Position numbers and translations under genes: made by a program. From positions 1-41,284 of the IMG/VR virus record IMGVR_UViG_3300037722_000457: a stretch of 41,284 nt of DNA; one strand, given 5' to 3'. Source of the stretch: a virus. Taxonomy: Duplodnaviria; Caudoviricetes. The notes below the pieces were generated by a model. The model saw only the letters and a list, made by a program, of their open reading frames with translations, did not search any database and was not told the DNA's origin. Positions 23,823-33,311 of this stretch are shown here, in pieces (within the stretch, counting starts at the first letter, position 1; each line of letters begins with the position of its first letter).

Positions 23823-26107
23823 GATCCACTACTCCCGAGGCGAATAAGGCCTCGACGAGAAATTTCCCGCACTTCTCGCTCGGCGATCATTCCCCCTTGG
23901 ACCGTAATATAGACGTTACCGCCGCCACCGCCCCCGCTGTGCCCAACGGGCAGTACGCGTTCGCCTGCTTGGAGGATAGCCGGAACGTCGGCTCCCTTCG
24001 GGCCGGGCACGATTCCGCCGCTATGGAGTACGGGGAAATCAAAGCGAATCGGGTTTAGCGCCGGCGTCGATCCGGAATTCGCGGCTGCCCAGAACGTCAA
24101 CCACGCATCTTCGGTCATGCCGAGCTGAGTGCGAAGATCGGCGAACAGGCTAAAGTCTAGGCCTGCTACGTCGAAGATGTCCTGCAAGGTTTCCAGGATA
24201 GACGTTCGCCCGGCAAAACCCTCGAGTTCCTCCTCCATCTTGTTGAGGGTAGCGTGTAGCGGTTCGGCCAGCAAACGCTCGACGGTAGCCGAATATTCGG
24301 GCCCGAATTCCGCCTCGAGCTCAGCGGCAACAGCGTCGTATCCGAGGACTCGAAGGATATCTAGGTTATCGGCCCAACGAGCCTGAGCAGTAACTTGTGC
24401 GGCGAGGAGGTCGGCGAGCGTTTTTAGCGCCAAATCCACTTCCCTCGGCATCTCCTTGAACGCTCCGATTACGTCGTACGGAGCCTTTATCATCGGCTTT
24501 ACCCAGTGCGACCGAACCTTATCGACGACGGCACCAAAGGCACTCATATCCATACCTCGATACGCCATCGAGATTTCGTCTAGCATCGAGTCGTTCTCGT
24601 GAATCAGCCGGTTTCGGAGGAAGTTGAACTCGTCCAGCGCTTGCTGCTGGTTCTCCTTTGTAACGGGTCCGAATAGAGTACCCATCGACCCGCCGATTTC
24701 CCCGGTTTGGACTCCGCGCGGCGTGCCGGAGAATTCGTCGGCGGCCTTCATTATCTTCGGCAGCATGTAGCCCATAGCGACCAGGGTAGCAACTGCGGGG
24801 TGGGCGGTTATTGCGTTTAGCGCCGCTCCCATAGCCAGGCGACCCTTCGACGTACCGCCCAGGATAAGCCCGAGGACTCCGAGGTCCTTAAGAGGTCCGG
24901 GTAACGGGATGATATTTAGAACGATGTCGATAACCGTTCCGGCGAAGTTCATCAACGTGCCCAGCAGTGCGATTACTGGAGACAAAACTTCGATTACTCC
25001 GCCCAGCGTATTGGCAAGTAACTCGAAGACGGGTACGACAGCGTTTGCCAACGGGTCCGCCAACTGAATAAGGGCCGACTTGACACCTTCGATAGCCTTG
25101 CGAAGTCGAACGTTGCCGGTCTCGGCCATTACGCTCCAGCCCTCGTCCACCATCCCGGCCGCTTCGCCCATCCCGTCGAAGATACGCTCGATTTCGCTGC
25201 CCTCGGCCGAAAGGATAGCGGCGACGGTTCGGATGGAGCGAGAATCCTCGAATAGCTGACCAACCCAGTCGGCCTGGGTATACCCGTTAGCGGTGAAAGC
25301 GTCGTCGAGGGTGCGAAGGGCTGCCGGAATATCGGAGGACATCATCGAGCGGAAGTCGCCCACGGATAGTCCGATATCGTCGAGCGCATCTCGCGCCATT
25401 TGCGACGGCTTGACCACCTTGTTCAGCATTGCGCCGACGCCGGTACCTGCCATGGCGGCGTCTCCGAACTGAATCGTCATAAGGGCCGTAACCGCCGCGA
25501 GCTCCTCGTACGAGTTACCGACCAGGGCGGCAACCGCTGAGTTTCGGTTCAGCTGCGATGCGAGTTCTGCCGGGTCCGCCTTAGCGAGCTGCGCCGCCTT
25601 GGCAATATCGTCGAAAGCCTGCGCGGTACCGATTCCGAAGTTCGACATAGCGGTTGTCGCCGTATTCGAGAGTTCCTCCATCGTGCCCAGGCCGATAGCC
25701 GAGGCCATAGCAGAACGCTCGAGTGCGTCGATTGCGGTGACGGTATCGAGGCCGGCCGACTTGAGGAAGAAGAGGCCGCCCGCCGCGTCCTTAGCGCTAA
25801 TCCCGAACTGGCTGCCCATTCGTAGCGCGGCTTGCTCGAGTTCCTCCATTTCGCCCTTGGGAACTCCGACCAACGCTTCGATCTTCGCCATGGACTCCTC
25901 GAAGTCCAGCGCCATGTTTACGGCGGCGACGCCGACGCCCGCAGCCGCAAGGCCGATTCCAGCTATGGCCCTCTTTCCGGCTAGTGCGGAGGTAGCGGTC
26001 TTCTTGCCCATACCCGCTGCTCCAGCTTCCACAGCGCCGAAGCCAGCGAGGGCTTGCGTAACGTCCGCGCGTACGCGGATCAGAAGTTCGTCAGCAGTGA
26101 CCGACAT
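23819..26107 (-). CDS. tail tape measure protein
   Basis: 762 aa, A/G-rich and helical; FEESMAKI TP901-like core; position after the chaperones. Confidence 0.9.
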   Translation of the reverse strand: MSVTADELLIRVRADVTQALAGFGAVEAGAAGMGKKTATSALAGKRAIAGIGLAAAGVGVAAVNMALDFEESMAKIEALVGVPKGEMEELEQAALRMGSQFGISAKDAAGGLFFLKSAGLDTVTAIDALERSAMASAIGLGTMEELSNTATTAMSNFGIGTAQAFDDIAKAAQLAKADPAELASQLNRNSAVAALVGNSYEELAAVTALMTIQFGDAAMAGTGVGAMLNKVVKPSQMARDALDDIGLSVGDFRSMMSSDIPAALRTLDDAFTANGYTQADWVGQLFEDSRSIRTVAAILSAEGSEIERIFDGMGEAAGMVDEGWSVMAETGNVRLRKAIEGVKSALIQLADPLANAVVPVFELLANTLGGVIEVLSPVIALLGTLMNFAGTVIDIVLNIIPLPGPLKDLGVLGLILGGTSKGRLAMGAALNAITAHPAVATLVAMGYMLPKIMKAADEFSGTPRGVQTGEIGGSMGTLFGPVTKENQQQALDEFNFLRNRLIHENDSMLDEISMAYRGMDMSAFGAVVDKVRSHWVKPMIKAPYDVIGAFKEMPREVDLALKTLADLLAAQVTAQARWADNLDILRVLGYDAVAAELEAEFGPEYSATVERLLAEPLHATLNKMEEELEGFAGRTSILETLQDIFDVAGLDFSLFADLRTQLGMTEDAWLTFWAAANSGSTPALNPIRFDFPVLHSGGIVPGPKGADVPAILQAGERVLPVGHSGGGGGGNVYITVQGGMIAEREVREISRRGLIRLGSSGS

Positions 26108-26144
26108 ACCTCACCTCCGTGGAGGCCTCGTCCTGTCGTCGCCC

Positions 26145-26155
26145 TGATTATAGTC
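26145..26155 (-). promoter_or_regulatory. class L motif GACTATAATCA (tape measure)
   Basis: Exact copy. Confidence 0.85.
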
Positions 26156-26162
26156 GGGCGGC

Positions 26163-26638
26163 TTAGCGGCGCTTCTTCGGTTTCGGCTTTAGCTCTTCCT
26201 GGACGCGCCAAATCTCCAGGAGTACAATGATGTCTCGGGCCGGCGTACGGTCGAACTCGGCGAACGTCCAACCCATACGCTCGCACACCGCTGCGCGCAT
26301 GGGCTCGAACATCGGTTGACCGCCGCTCGCCCCCGCGCCTTCGATCTTAGCGCGAATGAGGGAGCGGCCTACGCTTCCCCCGCTGCAGCCAGGTCCTGAA
26401 TGATCCCGGTAGTAACGGTCTGAAATTCGCTACGACGTAGCGCATCCCACGACTTCGGGTCGTGCGGGTCGGTGTCGAAAGGCCACGACTCGGTGAAGGA
26501 AGACAACGCTTCGATCATTGCGTCGATAGACCCGCCTTCGGCCGACCCAAACAGCTTGCGGAGAGCGCCGATAGGCATATCCGAGTCGTACTCGATTACG
26601 CCCACCGACGTCTCCACCTTACGAATTGCCGCGCTCAA
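26163..26638 (-). CDS. tail assembly chaperone, -1 frameshifted long form
   Basis: Slippery G GGG GAA at 26375-26381; the -1 frame is open for 72 codons (...VCERMGWTFAEFDRTP...KKRR*). Confidence 0.85.
26369..26638 (-). CDS. tail assembly chaperone, short form
   Basis: Located between major tail and tape measure genes; ends ...AGEA*. Confidence 0.85.
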   Translation of the reverse strand: MSAAIRKVETSVGVIEYDSDMPIGALRKLFGSAEGGSIDAMIEALSSFTESWPFDTDPHDPKSWDALRRSEFQTVTTGIIQDLAAAGEA

Positions 26639-26650
26639 TTTCGTTCCTCC

Positions 26651-27046
26651 TTACTGAGTATCTTCGGTAACCGCCCCGGAGACCTCAAACGACATTGCAA
26701 GAGTCGCCAGGTCGTCGTAGGGCAGATTGATGTCTCGACCGGTGATGATCGCCGTGCACGTGAGCTCTCGGAGGCCTGCACCCGTGCCTTCCGGCCGGAT
26801 AATTAGGGCTCCGGACGTACCAACGGCGATGGCATCCCATGCGGAAGACCAAGCGCCGGTAACGTCGAGCGCATCGTACGAGCCCGAGGCATCCTCGAGA
26901 CCCGCAATCTTCGTTCGCCGAGTGTCGCCCCATGCGCTGGTATCCAGTGCATCGGCAACTTCCTCGAACGAGATGCTCCGACCATCGCCGCTGATGTCAA
27001 CACCGTCAAACGAGACGAAGACATCCTTTCCTCTATAGGCAGGCAT
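26651..27046 (-). CDS. major tail (tube) protein
   Basis: LDTSAWGD...IAGLEDASG pattern and gene position. Confidence 0.85.
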   Translation of the reverse strand: MPAYRGKDVFVSFDGVDISGDGRSISFEEVADALDTSAWGDTRRTKIAGLEDASGSYDALDVTGAWSSAWDAIAVGTSGALIIRPEGTGAGLRELTCTAIITGRDINLPYDDLATLAMSFEVSGAVTEDTQ

Positions 27047-27098
27047 TTACAACACACCTCCACAATGTGTCCTGTCGCCTTGCGGCGTTAGTTCGCCT

Positions 27099-27109
27099 TG
27101 ATTATAGTC
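27099..27109 (-). promoter_or_regulatory. class L motif GACTATAATCA (major tail)
   Basis: Exact copy. Confidence 0.85.
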
Positions 27110-27119
27110 GGCAAACGCC

Positions 27120-27530
27120 TTACAGAGAACGTTCCCACCGAATACGACCATGGACCGCGTAATTCTTGCCGTCCTTTTCCCACACCGGGATAACGCCGAC
27201 CGGTATAATTGCCGTGGTGTGATACCCGTCCGTCGTAATCAGGTCTTCGTCCACGAGCGAGTTTAGTGCATCGCTCACGAGGCCGAGCGCTTCCTCTAGG
27301 TCCACCGAGTAGGCGGTGATTACCCAATTGCTGCCCATAACCTTCGCCTGTCCGGAGCCCGGAGTACCGACGAGGGCTCGTTCGACCTCCTGTCGGTACA
27401 CAACGTACGGCATATCTACCGGTAGCCCCGTTTGCGTATCCGCCGCCGTAACGTGGAAGACTGGAACGGCTATAGCCGCGTCGAGCGCATCATATAGCGC
27501 TTGGTAGTGCGCTTTTAGGTCAATGTTCAT
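27120..27530 (-). CDS. tail terminator-like protein
   Basis: PYVVY motif, size and synteny. Confidence 0.7.
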   Translation of the reverse strand: MNIDLKAHYQALYDALDAAIAVPVFHVTAADTQTGLPVDMPYVVYRQEVERALVGTPGSGQAKVMGSNWVITAYSVDLEEALGLVSDALNSLVDEDLITTDGYHTTAIIPVGVIPVWEKDGKNYAVHGRIRWERSL

Positions 27531-27892
27531 CTCAGCAATCCCCCGACTCCGCGCTTCACTTCATTTAGCCCGCCCGCCGCTAAAACGATTTCCTTTGCGG
27601 GCAGCAGGTACGGGCGCGGCGCCATGTGCCGAGTCCCGAACTCGAGATAGATCGCAACGTCGCCGTGCTCACCTCCGCGATCGGAAACGATGAACCAGTC
27701 CGAGCCGCGCCGTTCCTTGCGGATATTTGCTTGCGTCTTTCCGGTATCGACAGCGACTAATTCCGTCGCTACCTTCACGATCTCCTCGGCTAGGGCTTCT
27801 TCAATTCGCCCCGCCTGCATCTCCAGGAAAGCGGCCCGACTCGACATACGAGTCAGAAACCCGGGGAGGTTTACTACTACGACGGCCGTCAT
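27527..27892 (-). CDS. HK97 gp10-like neck protein
   Basis: VDTG, YLEFGTRHMAPRPYLLPA. Confidence 0.85.
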   Translation of the reverse strand: MTAVVVVNLPGFLTRMSSRAAFLEMQAGRIEEALAEEIVKVATELVAVDTGKTQANIRKERRGSDWFIVSDRGGEHGDVAIYLEFGTRHMAPRPYLLPAKEIVLAAGGLNEVKRGVGGLLR

Positions 27893-28254
27893 GCAATCAC
27901 CACAGCGCTCGCCGTAAGGATGGTGTCCCACGAAGCCGGCGTCTTTAGCTGGTCGATGCGCAGTCGATCTCCGCCGGCGGTTACCACGATGTCCTCGGGG
28001 AGGAGGTCGGTTCCCACGGGCACGCGCACGAGGTAGTTCTTAACGTCGAGCGGTCGGCCCGCCTGTCCGAGGCCTTCTAGAACAGCGCCCGGGATAACCC
28101 GACCGGGAACGTTACTAGCCACCGTAACCTCGCTCGTCTTTGCATTTCCGCCGAACCCGTCATCGACGCGAACGGTTCGCTTGATGGTGAGCAAGTCGGG
28201 AAGTGCGGCCTCCTGGGCTACTCGCATCAAAGCGAGGTCACGAGTGCTGAACAT
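27889..28254 (-). CDS. head-tail stopper / head closure protein
   Basis: DDGFGG...VP.GTD...D pattern; synteny. Confidence 0.7.
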   Translation of the reverse strand: MFSTRDLALMRVAQEAALPDLLTIKRTVRVDDGFGGNAKTSEVTVASNVPGRVIPGAVLEGLGQAGRPLDVKNYLVRVPVGTDLLPEDIVVTAGGDRLRIDQLKTPASWDTILTASAVVIA

Positions 28255-28616
28255 TAGTCCAGAGCTCCGGTCGGAGCGCTAAGCGACTGGGCCATATTCG
28301 CGTAGCGAGACGCTTGTTCCAGCGCCGCGCGATACTTCTGCATTCTGTTGAACGACCCGCCCTCGACTCGGAAATCGAACTCCTCGGCTAGCTGGCCGGC
28401 CTTGCGCCGCCACGCTTCGGCGGCCGCGCGGTATAGGTCATAGGTGTCGGTATATCCCGAATCAGCAGGAGCCAAGCCCGTGCTATCCGGGACTTTCGCG
28501 ACGTCGTTCGCGATGTCCTGTAGGTCGAGATCGCTAAGCATGCGGTCCGGCACAGGCTTATGCGACTCGCCCGCCATCATGGCGAGCCGTCGCAACTGGT
28601 CGGCGGTTAGTGCCAT
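28254..28616 (-). CDS. head-tail adaptor
   Basis: YDLYRAAAEAWRRKA helical pattern; synteny. Confidence 0.7.
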   Translation of the reverse strand: MALTADQLRRLAMMAGESHKPVPDRMLSDLDLQDIANDVAKVPDSTGLAPADSGYTDTYDLYRAAAEAWRRKAGQLAEEFDFRVEGGSFNRMQKYRAALEQASRYANMAQSLSAPTGALD

Positions 28617-28634
28617 GTAAATCCTCCAAAGCGA

Positions 28635-28665
28635 AGGCCCGACCCGGTAAACCCAGGCCGGGCCT
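28635..28665 (-). terminator. hairpin after the capsid/decoration genes
   Basis: AGGCCCG...CGGGCCT inverted repeat. Confidence 0.5.
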
Positions 28666-28686
28666 CGTGTTGTGTTTGGTTTGTGC

Positions 28687-28989
28687 TTACTCGTCCGCAG
28701 ACGGGGCGATACTACCCCCGCGACCGGACATCGTCACGGCCGTAGCCGCTCCGGTGTCCTCGGTGAACGAGCCCAGCTGAACCTGGTCTGCAGCCAGACC
28801 AGTCGCTGCGGCGATACCAACGATGGTAGCGCCGTCGTCGTCAATTGCGACGAGGTTCTCGCCGTCACCGAGCGCCAGGACCGAAACGTCGAGAGTAACC
28901 CCCGCGACTGCCACGCCGTTAAGCATGCCTTCAGCCACGACGACATCGTCCGTCGCAATCGAGAGCTCAAACCCTTCCAGTGCAGCCAT
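28687..28989 (-). CDS. probable capsid decoration / minor head protein
   Basis: Acidic, A/T/D-rich ORF directly after the capsid gene; AGGAGG RBS. Confidence 0.55.
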   Translation of the reverse strand: MAALEGFELSIATDDVVVAEGMLNGVAVAGVTLDVSVLALGDGENLVAIDDDGATIVGIAAATGLAADQVQLGSFTEDTGAATAVTMSGRGGSIAPSADE

Positions 28990-29008
28990 GTTATGCTCCT
29001 CCTTCGGG

Positions 29009-30004
29009 TTAGGCCGGCTTGACCAGCGCGAACGGGTACTTCTCGTCAGAGGCGAGCGTCTCGCCGTCTGCCGTGTCGGGTGCGAACACCTTGAAGGCGT
29101 AACGGCACGTCACTCGGAGAGCGACCATGTCGGACTCCATGAGCGAGTACACGACGTTGCCGGCGCCATCGGTGATGACTCCCTGGTCGAAGATTCGGTA
29201 ACGAATGCCGGCACGAGTGCCGACCATCGCCTGCGACCAGTCACCCACGAAAGCGTGAGCGTCGGCCGGAACCCAGAAGCCGTCCGAACCCGCATTCGAG
29301 CCCTTCACGAACTGAATCGGAAGGTCGAAAAGCGAGCCAGGAATGTCGGCCTGAGTGGGCGCACCGAAGATGGGGCGTCCGTCGAGGTCCTTCATCGCAC
29401 GAAGGCGAGAGCGGAACCGGACGTACGCAACCCAAGCCGTCGGGTCGTAGCCGTCCTCTTCGATTGCTTCGAGGGCGCCGTCGCCCGGAGTCGCCGTACC
29501 GGAACCCGCAAGCAGGTCGAGCAGTTCGGCGTCTGTCGGGGTCCCGTCCTCGGCAAACGAGTGGTTAGCGGTCGTGATCTGCGACTTCAGAGAAGCCTGA
29601 CCCCAATCCGTAGGAACGTCCAACCCGAAGAAAGCCGCAGCGTCGAGCTTCCGCGCAATGGCGGTCTCGATCTGGGGCCGATACAGGTCAAACAGGTCCA
29701 CCGAAGCGTCGTCCTGAACGTTCTCGTCAATGGGCACGATGACCGCCATTTCGGCTGCCTGGAGAGTCCAGGTCTTCTGCGTCATGGACGGAACATCCGT
29801 CGACTTGCGCTGGCCCTCGCCAACCCAGAAGACGTTCGCGCCGCTGACTTCGGCTTCGGTGACCTTGTACCGGTTTGCCGTCATCGTCTTACTCGCGGCG
29901 AGCGAGCGGATGAGAGAAGTCTCGGCGACACCTCGGAGTATTTCCTCGGACACCTGGTCAGGCAGCGCAAGCGCCGCGACCGAGCCGCGAGTAACCTTGG
30001 CCAT
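29009..30004 (-). CDS. major capsid protein (HK97 fold)
   Basis: WVGEG, LDAAAFFG, KDLDGRPI, GDWS, DMVALR. Confidence 0.92.
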   Translation of the reverse strand: MAKVTRGSVAALALPDQVSEEILRGVAETSLIRSLAASKTMTANRYKVTEAEVSGANVFWVGEGQRKSTDVPSMTQKTWTLQAAEMAVIVPIDENVQDDASVDLFDLYRPQIETAIARKLDAAAFFGLDVPTDWGQASLKSQITTANHSFAEDGTPTDAELLDLLAGSGTATPGDGALEAIEEDGYDPTAWVAYVRFRSRLRAMKDLDGRPIFGAPTQADIPGSLFDLPIQFVKGSNAGSDGFWVPADAHAFVGDWSQAMVGTRAGIRYRIFDQGVITDGAGNVVYSLMESDMVALRVTCRYAFKVFAPDTADGETLASDEKYPFALVKPA

Positions 30005-30037
30005 CGGTTGTCCTACCTCCTAAGGTAGTCGTACTAC

Positions 30038-30637
30038 TTACATCCTCGAACGGATAGCGTTCCGGACAGCGTCGTTGAAAAGGTCGTTCGAGGTCTTCGC
30101 CTTTCCTGACCGCCCTCGGGTACCAGCCCCGTGGGAAGCGCGCTGTCGGACTTCGTCGTCTTCGTCCTCGTCGTCCCTTGACACGAGGGCGGGGAAGCGC
30201 TCTCCGAGTGTATTAAAGTCGTGTTCTCCGACTTCCCCAGTCTCCTGGTCGTAACCGCCGATCAGACCTTCCTTCAGGGCGGCGGCGAGGGCCAGGTCAG
30301 GGTCCATACCCCTCTCCCGAGCCTTCGCCTTGAAGTCCTGCTCGACGTGAGTCGCCGCAAGCTGAACCTCAAGTTCGCCGATTCGCTGGTCGCGTAGGGC
30401 GACTCGCTCCTCGAGCGTTCGTTCTTCGTCTTTGGCAGCCTCTTCGGCCTTTCGGTAAGCGGCCAGTTCCGCTGCCATCTTCTTCTCGTTCTCCCGCTGG
30501 GCGAGAATCGTCTTCATCGCTCGTGCGGGGTCGAAGTCGTCGGGGACTTCGATCTCTTCATCCGAGACCGGCTGCTCCTCGATTGCTTCGTCTTCCGTTT
30601 CCGCGCCTTCGGCGCCAGTGACCTTGTCGTCCGGCAC
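30038..30637 (-). CDS. capsid scaffolding protein
   Basis: Acidic N-terminus, coiled-coil, C-terminal NDAVRNAIR; GTG at 30637 with AGGAGG. Confidence 0.8.
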   Translation of the reverse strand: MPDDKVTGAEGAETEDEAIEEQPVSDEEIEVPDDFDPARAMKTILAQRENEKKMAAELAAYRKAEEAAKDEERTLEERVALRDQRIGELEVQLAATHVEQDFKAKARERGMDPDLALAAALKEGLIGGYDQETGEVGEHDFNTLGERFPALVSRDDEDEDDEVRQRASHGAGTRGRSGKAKTSNDLFNDAVRNAIRSRM

Positions 30638-30665
30638 TTCGTTGGACCTCCTTGTGTCCTCGCCG

Positions 30666-30676
30666 TGATTATAGTC
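30666..30676 (-). promoter_or_regulatory. class L motif GACTATAATCA (scaffold/capsid)
   Basis: Exact copy. Confidence 0.85.
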
Positions 30677-30755
30677 CGCGACCAACATCGACGAGGACGT
30701 TGCGTACCGAGTGGGCCCAGTTCCCGCATATCAGGACGTTCGGGACGTATAAACA

Positions 30756-30788
30756 CGCGGGAACCGCCCGTTTGGGGCGGCTCCTGCG
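30756..30788 (-). terminator. terminator-like hairpin closing the early island
   Basis: CGCAGGAGCCGCCC...GGGCGGTTCCCGCG followed by TGTTT. Confidence 0.6.
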
Positions 30789-30807
30789 GTTCTGGTTCGG
30801 GTCGTGG

Positions 30808-31752
30808 TTAGAAGTTCCACCCGCCCCCGTTCCGGCAGATGGGGCCGATACCGAGGCGAACGCTGGTCTCGTCCTCCAGCTTCCGGTTGCAGGCGGCGCA
30901 ACGCCCGGTGAGTTCCCCGTAACGCTTGGCGGCGGTAGCGGGGTCGGCGACGATGGCCGTAAGGGCCTCGGCGATGTCGCCCTGGTACGCCTGGCCGGGC
31001 TTCTGAACGCCGTAGCGCTTTCCGTACCCGTACTCGGCGGCGTCCTTGACGAACGTCCAACCCTCCCACTTGCCTTTGCCGTGCTCGACCCGGACCTTAA
31101 GGCGACCGTCCGAACCCGGGACCCCGAAGTTGCCGGTCGGGAGGGTACGAAGGTCCAGGCCCTGGACCGGGATGGCCTTCGTCTCGACTTCGACGACCGC
31201 GCGCCGGGGAGCGGCGAGTAGTTCGTCGATGAGCGTGGACGCCTGGGCCTTGTTGAGGATGCCCTTGCCGGTGACGATGACCTGCTCGCGGCGCTCGCCG
31301 GGGAACAGAATCGTGTCGTCGGCCTGGCGAACCTCGGCCTCGTCGTACACCTTCTCGTCTAGGAGACGAGCTACGAAGGCGGCCTGCTTGTCGCTGGCGG
31401 GCCATTGCGGGGCGACTAACCCGGGCTCGAGGCCCTTACGAGCGAGGTCCTCGGCCTCGTCGGCGGACTTGCCGGCGGCGAGGTACGCGTCGAAGGTCTT
31501 GGCGAGCGGGTGGTTCGGGTTCCAACGAACGTCGTCCGTTAGCGGGTCGTTTGCGTCGGCGGCCTCCAAGCGAGCGTCGAACTCGACTCGAAGGTACTCG
31601 CCACGAGCCCGCGCTTCGGCCGTCATGCGGTCGCCGATATGCGCTTTCGGGTTCTTGAGCCCGCGAGCGCGCTTGTCGGCCTCGATTTCGTTAACGATAC
31701 GCTCGGTCGCCTCGGCGATGAACGTGCGTCGTGCGGTGGTGTTGTTGTTCAT
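30808..31752 (-). CDS. DUF6011-like Zn-finger protein, predicted leaderless start
   Basis: C-terminal GRCAACNRKLEDETSVRLGIGPIC; ASDKQAAFV motif. Confidence 0.8.
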   Translation of the reverse strand: MNNNTTARRTFIAEATERIVNEIEADKRARGLKNPKAHIGDRMTAEARARGEYLRVEFDARLEAADANDPLTDDVRWNPNHPLAKTFDAYLAAGKSADEAEDLARKGLEPGLVAPQWPASDKQAAFVARLLDEKVYDEAEVRQADDTILFPGERREQVIVTGKGILNKAQASTLIDELLAAPRRAVVEVETKAIPVQGLDLRTLPTGNFGVPGSDGRLKVRVEHGKGKWEGWTFVKDAAEYGYGKRYGVQKPGQAYQGDIAEALTAIVADPATAAKRYGELTGRCAACNRKLEDETSVRLGIGPICRNGGGWNF

Positions 31753-31758
31753 GTCGTA

Positions 31759-31769
31759 AAGATACCACG
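31759..31769 (-). promoter_or_regulatory. class E promoter CGTGG-TATCTT
   Basis: ATG lies 6 nt downstream. Confidence 0.8.
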
Positions 31770-31771
31770 TG

Positions 31772-31972
31772 TTACATCGAACGAGCGTTCGATTTCACCT
31801 GGTCGATGACCTCGGCGAGGCGCGGGTGGTCGGAATTACGAATCCACAGGTTCCGTAACAACCATCGCCAATCCCTACGTCGTCGCTCGGGTATGTCGAA
31901 TCCCGTCCAGTCAATCCCAGAGTCGTTGGTCTCGAGCGGCTCGTTTCGACCGTTCTTTGCGTTCGTCGCCAT
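31772..31972 (-). CDS. hypothetical protein
   Basis: 66 aa; GAGGAGG RBS. Confidence 0.65.
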   Translation of the reverse strand: MATNAKNGRNEPLETNDSGIDWTGFDIPERRRRDWRWLLRNLWIRNSDHPRLAEVIDQVKSNARSM

Positions 31973-32075
31973 GAGTGCCTCCTCGGTGTTTCACGTCGAA
32001 GTTTTGTCGCTTGCGCGCGGCGCCTCGATATTCGGACCGGTCTCGGTTTACGACCTTGCGCTTACGTCTCGCCAT
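31911..32075 (-). CDS. very basic 54-aa protein (MARRKRKVVNRDRS...)
   Basis: ATG just after the ligase stop; overlaps the next gene by 62 nt. Confidence 0.45.
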   Translation of the reverse strand: MARRKRKVVNRDRSEYRGAARKRQNFDVKHRGGTHGDERKERSKRAARDQRLWD

Positions 32076-32079
32076 CTCG

Positions 32080-33009
32080 TCAGCCCTCTTGTCCGATGAC
32101 GCAATCCTCGGGAGCCTTGTCGTCCCGGAAGGCGACGAATTGCGGGTGGCGCAGCCCCTCGACCTCGGCGTCCGATGCGTACCCGAAGTGCTTGACGACC
32201 ATGACCCGCCCGAGGTACGCATCCCGGTTGGCGCCGATGTCGTACCGAGTCGCATCGTCCATCCCGGAGCACGCTCCCCGCTCGACGAGGTTCCCGTTGG
32301 CGTCGTACTGCGAAAAGACGATAGCCCCGACGGTGTCGCTGTACTTGCCCTGGCCTTCCTTGAACCCGGTAACGATAACGTCCTCGGTCATTTCGACCTT
32401 GACCTTCAGCCACGCCGAACGGCGCTTCCCGATATACCCGGCCTTCATGTCCTTGAGCATCATGCCCTCGCCGCCCTCGGCGACGTACGCCGCGTAGGTG
32501 TCAACGTCCGGGACGAATCGGGGCAGAACGCCGATGTAGGGCGAGTCGAGGGACTCGACGAAGTTCTCCACGATGGTCCGACGCTGGCCTTCCGGGAGCG
32601 CCGAGAAGTCCTCGTCGTCGAGGGTCATGATGTCGAAGACGAACAGGACGAGCACGCCGCCGAGGTTCTGGTCTCGGACCGCCTTAGCGGGGTCGCTACC
32701 CATAACTCGCATCGTGCGATTGAAGTCGCCCAACGGGGCCGGGCCCTGCGGCGTGTCCACGAGGCGAGCGAGGGCGACGATTTCGCCGTCGATATCGAAG
32801 TCGAAATCTGACGCGGCGGCGAGAGCGGCCTCGATATGCGGCAATTTGCCGTCCTGGGCCTTGTGGGTCCGGGAGTAAATCGTAACGTTCGGGCCTCGCT
32901 TGGAGATGCCCACCCGCATTCCGTCCAACTTCGGCTCCATCGCGAAGCGTGCGGGCGAATACGAGTCGAGGTCCTTGTCGGCCTTCTTCGCGAGCATGAG
33001 GTCCTTCAT
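32080..33009 (-). CDS. ATP-dependent DNA ligase (minimal NTase + OB)
   Basis: EPKLDGMR, DGEI, FVFDI, EGMMLK, WLKVK, LRHPQF. Confidence 0.93.
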   Translation of the reverse strand: MKDLMLAKKADKDLDSYSPARFAMEPKLDGMRVGISKRGPNVTIYSRTHKAQDGKLPHIEAALAAASDFDFDIDGEIVALARLVDTPQGPAPLGDFNRTMRVMGSDPAKAVRDQNLGGVLVLFVFDIMTLDDEDFSALPEGQRRTIVENFVESLDSPYIGVLPRFVPDVDTYAAYVAEGGEGMMLKDMKAGYIGKRRSAWLKVKVEMTEDVIVTGFKEGQGKYSDTVGAIVFSQYDANGNLVERGACSGMDDATRYDIGANRDAYLGRVMVVKHFGYASDAEVEGLRHPQFVAFRDDKAPEDCVIGQEG

Positions 33010-33044
33010 GTTCTCGTTCCTTTCGTGGTCGGATCGGGCCTCGG

Positions 33045-33305
33045 TTAGAGGCCCTCGAAAGCGTCGGCCCCGACGGGGGTGGCCGCGAACCAAACATCGC
33101 CCTCGCCGAAAACGATGGCGGTGAAGTTGTGCGGGTCCTCGTCGATGTCGATATCGCCCGTAATGACGGCGATACCCTGCATCCGGGCCGTCGGGGCGAC
33201 GGAAAGGTTAGTGGGCTCGACGCCGTACTCAACGTCGCACCAGTCGAGGAAGTACCCGAGCGCTGCGTCGGTCGTGGCGGCCATCTGGTTCCTTTCGTTG
33301 GTCAT
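33045..33305 (-). CDS. hypothetical early protein
   Basis: ATG 6 nt after the class E -10; an internal RBS plus ATG gives an alternative start. Confidence 0.7.
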   Translation of the reverse strand: MTNERNQMAATTDAALGYFLDWCDVEYGVEPTNLSVAPTARMQGIAVITGDIDIDEDPHNFTAIVFGEGDVWFAATPVGADAFEGL

Positions 33306-33311
33306 ACGAAG

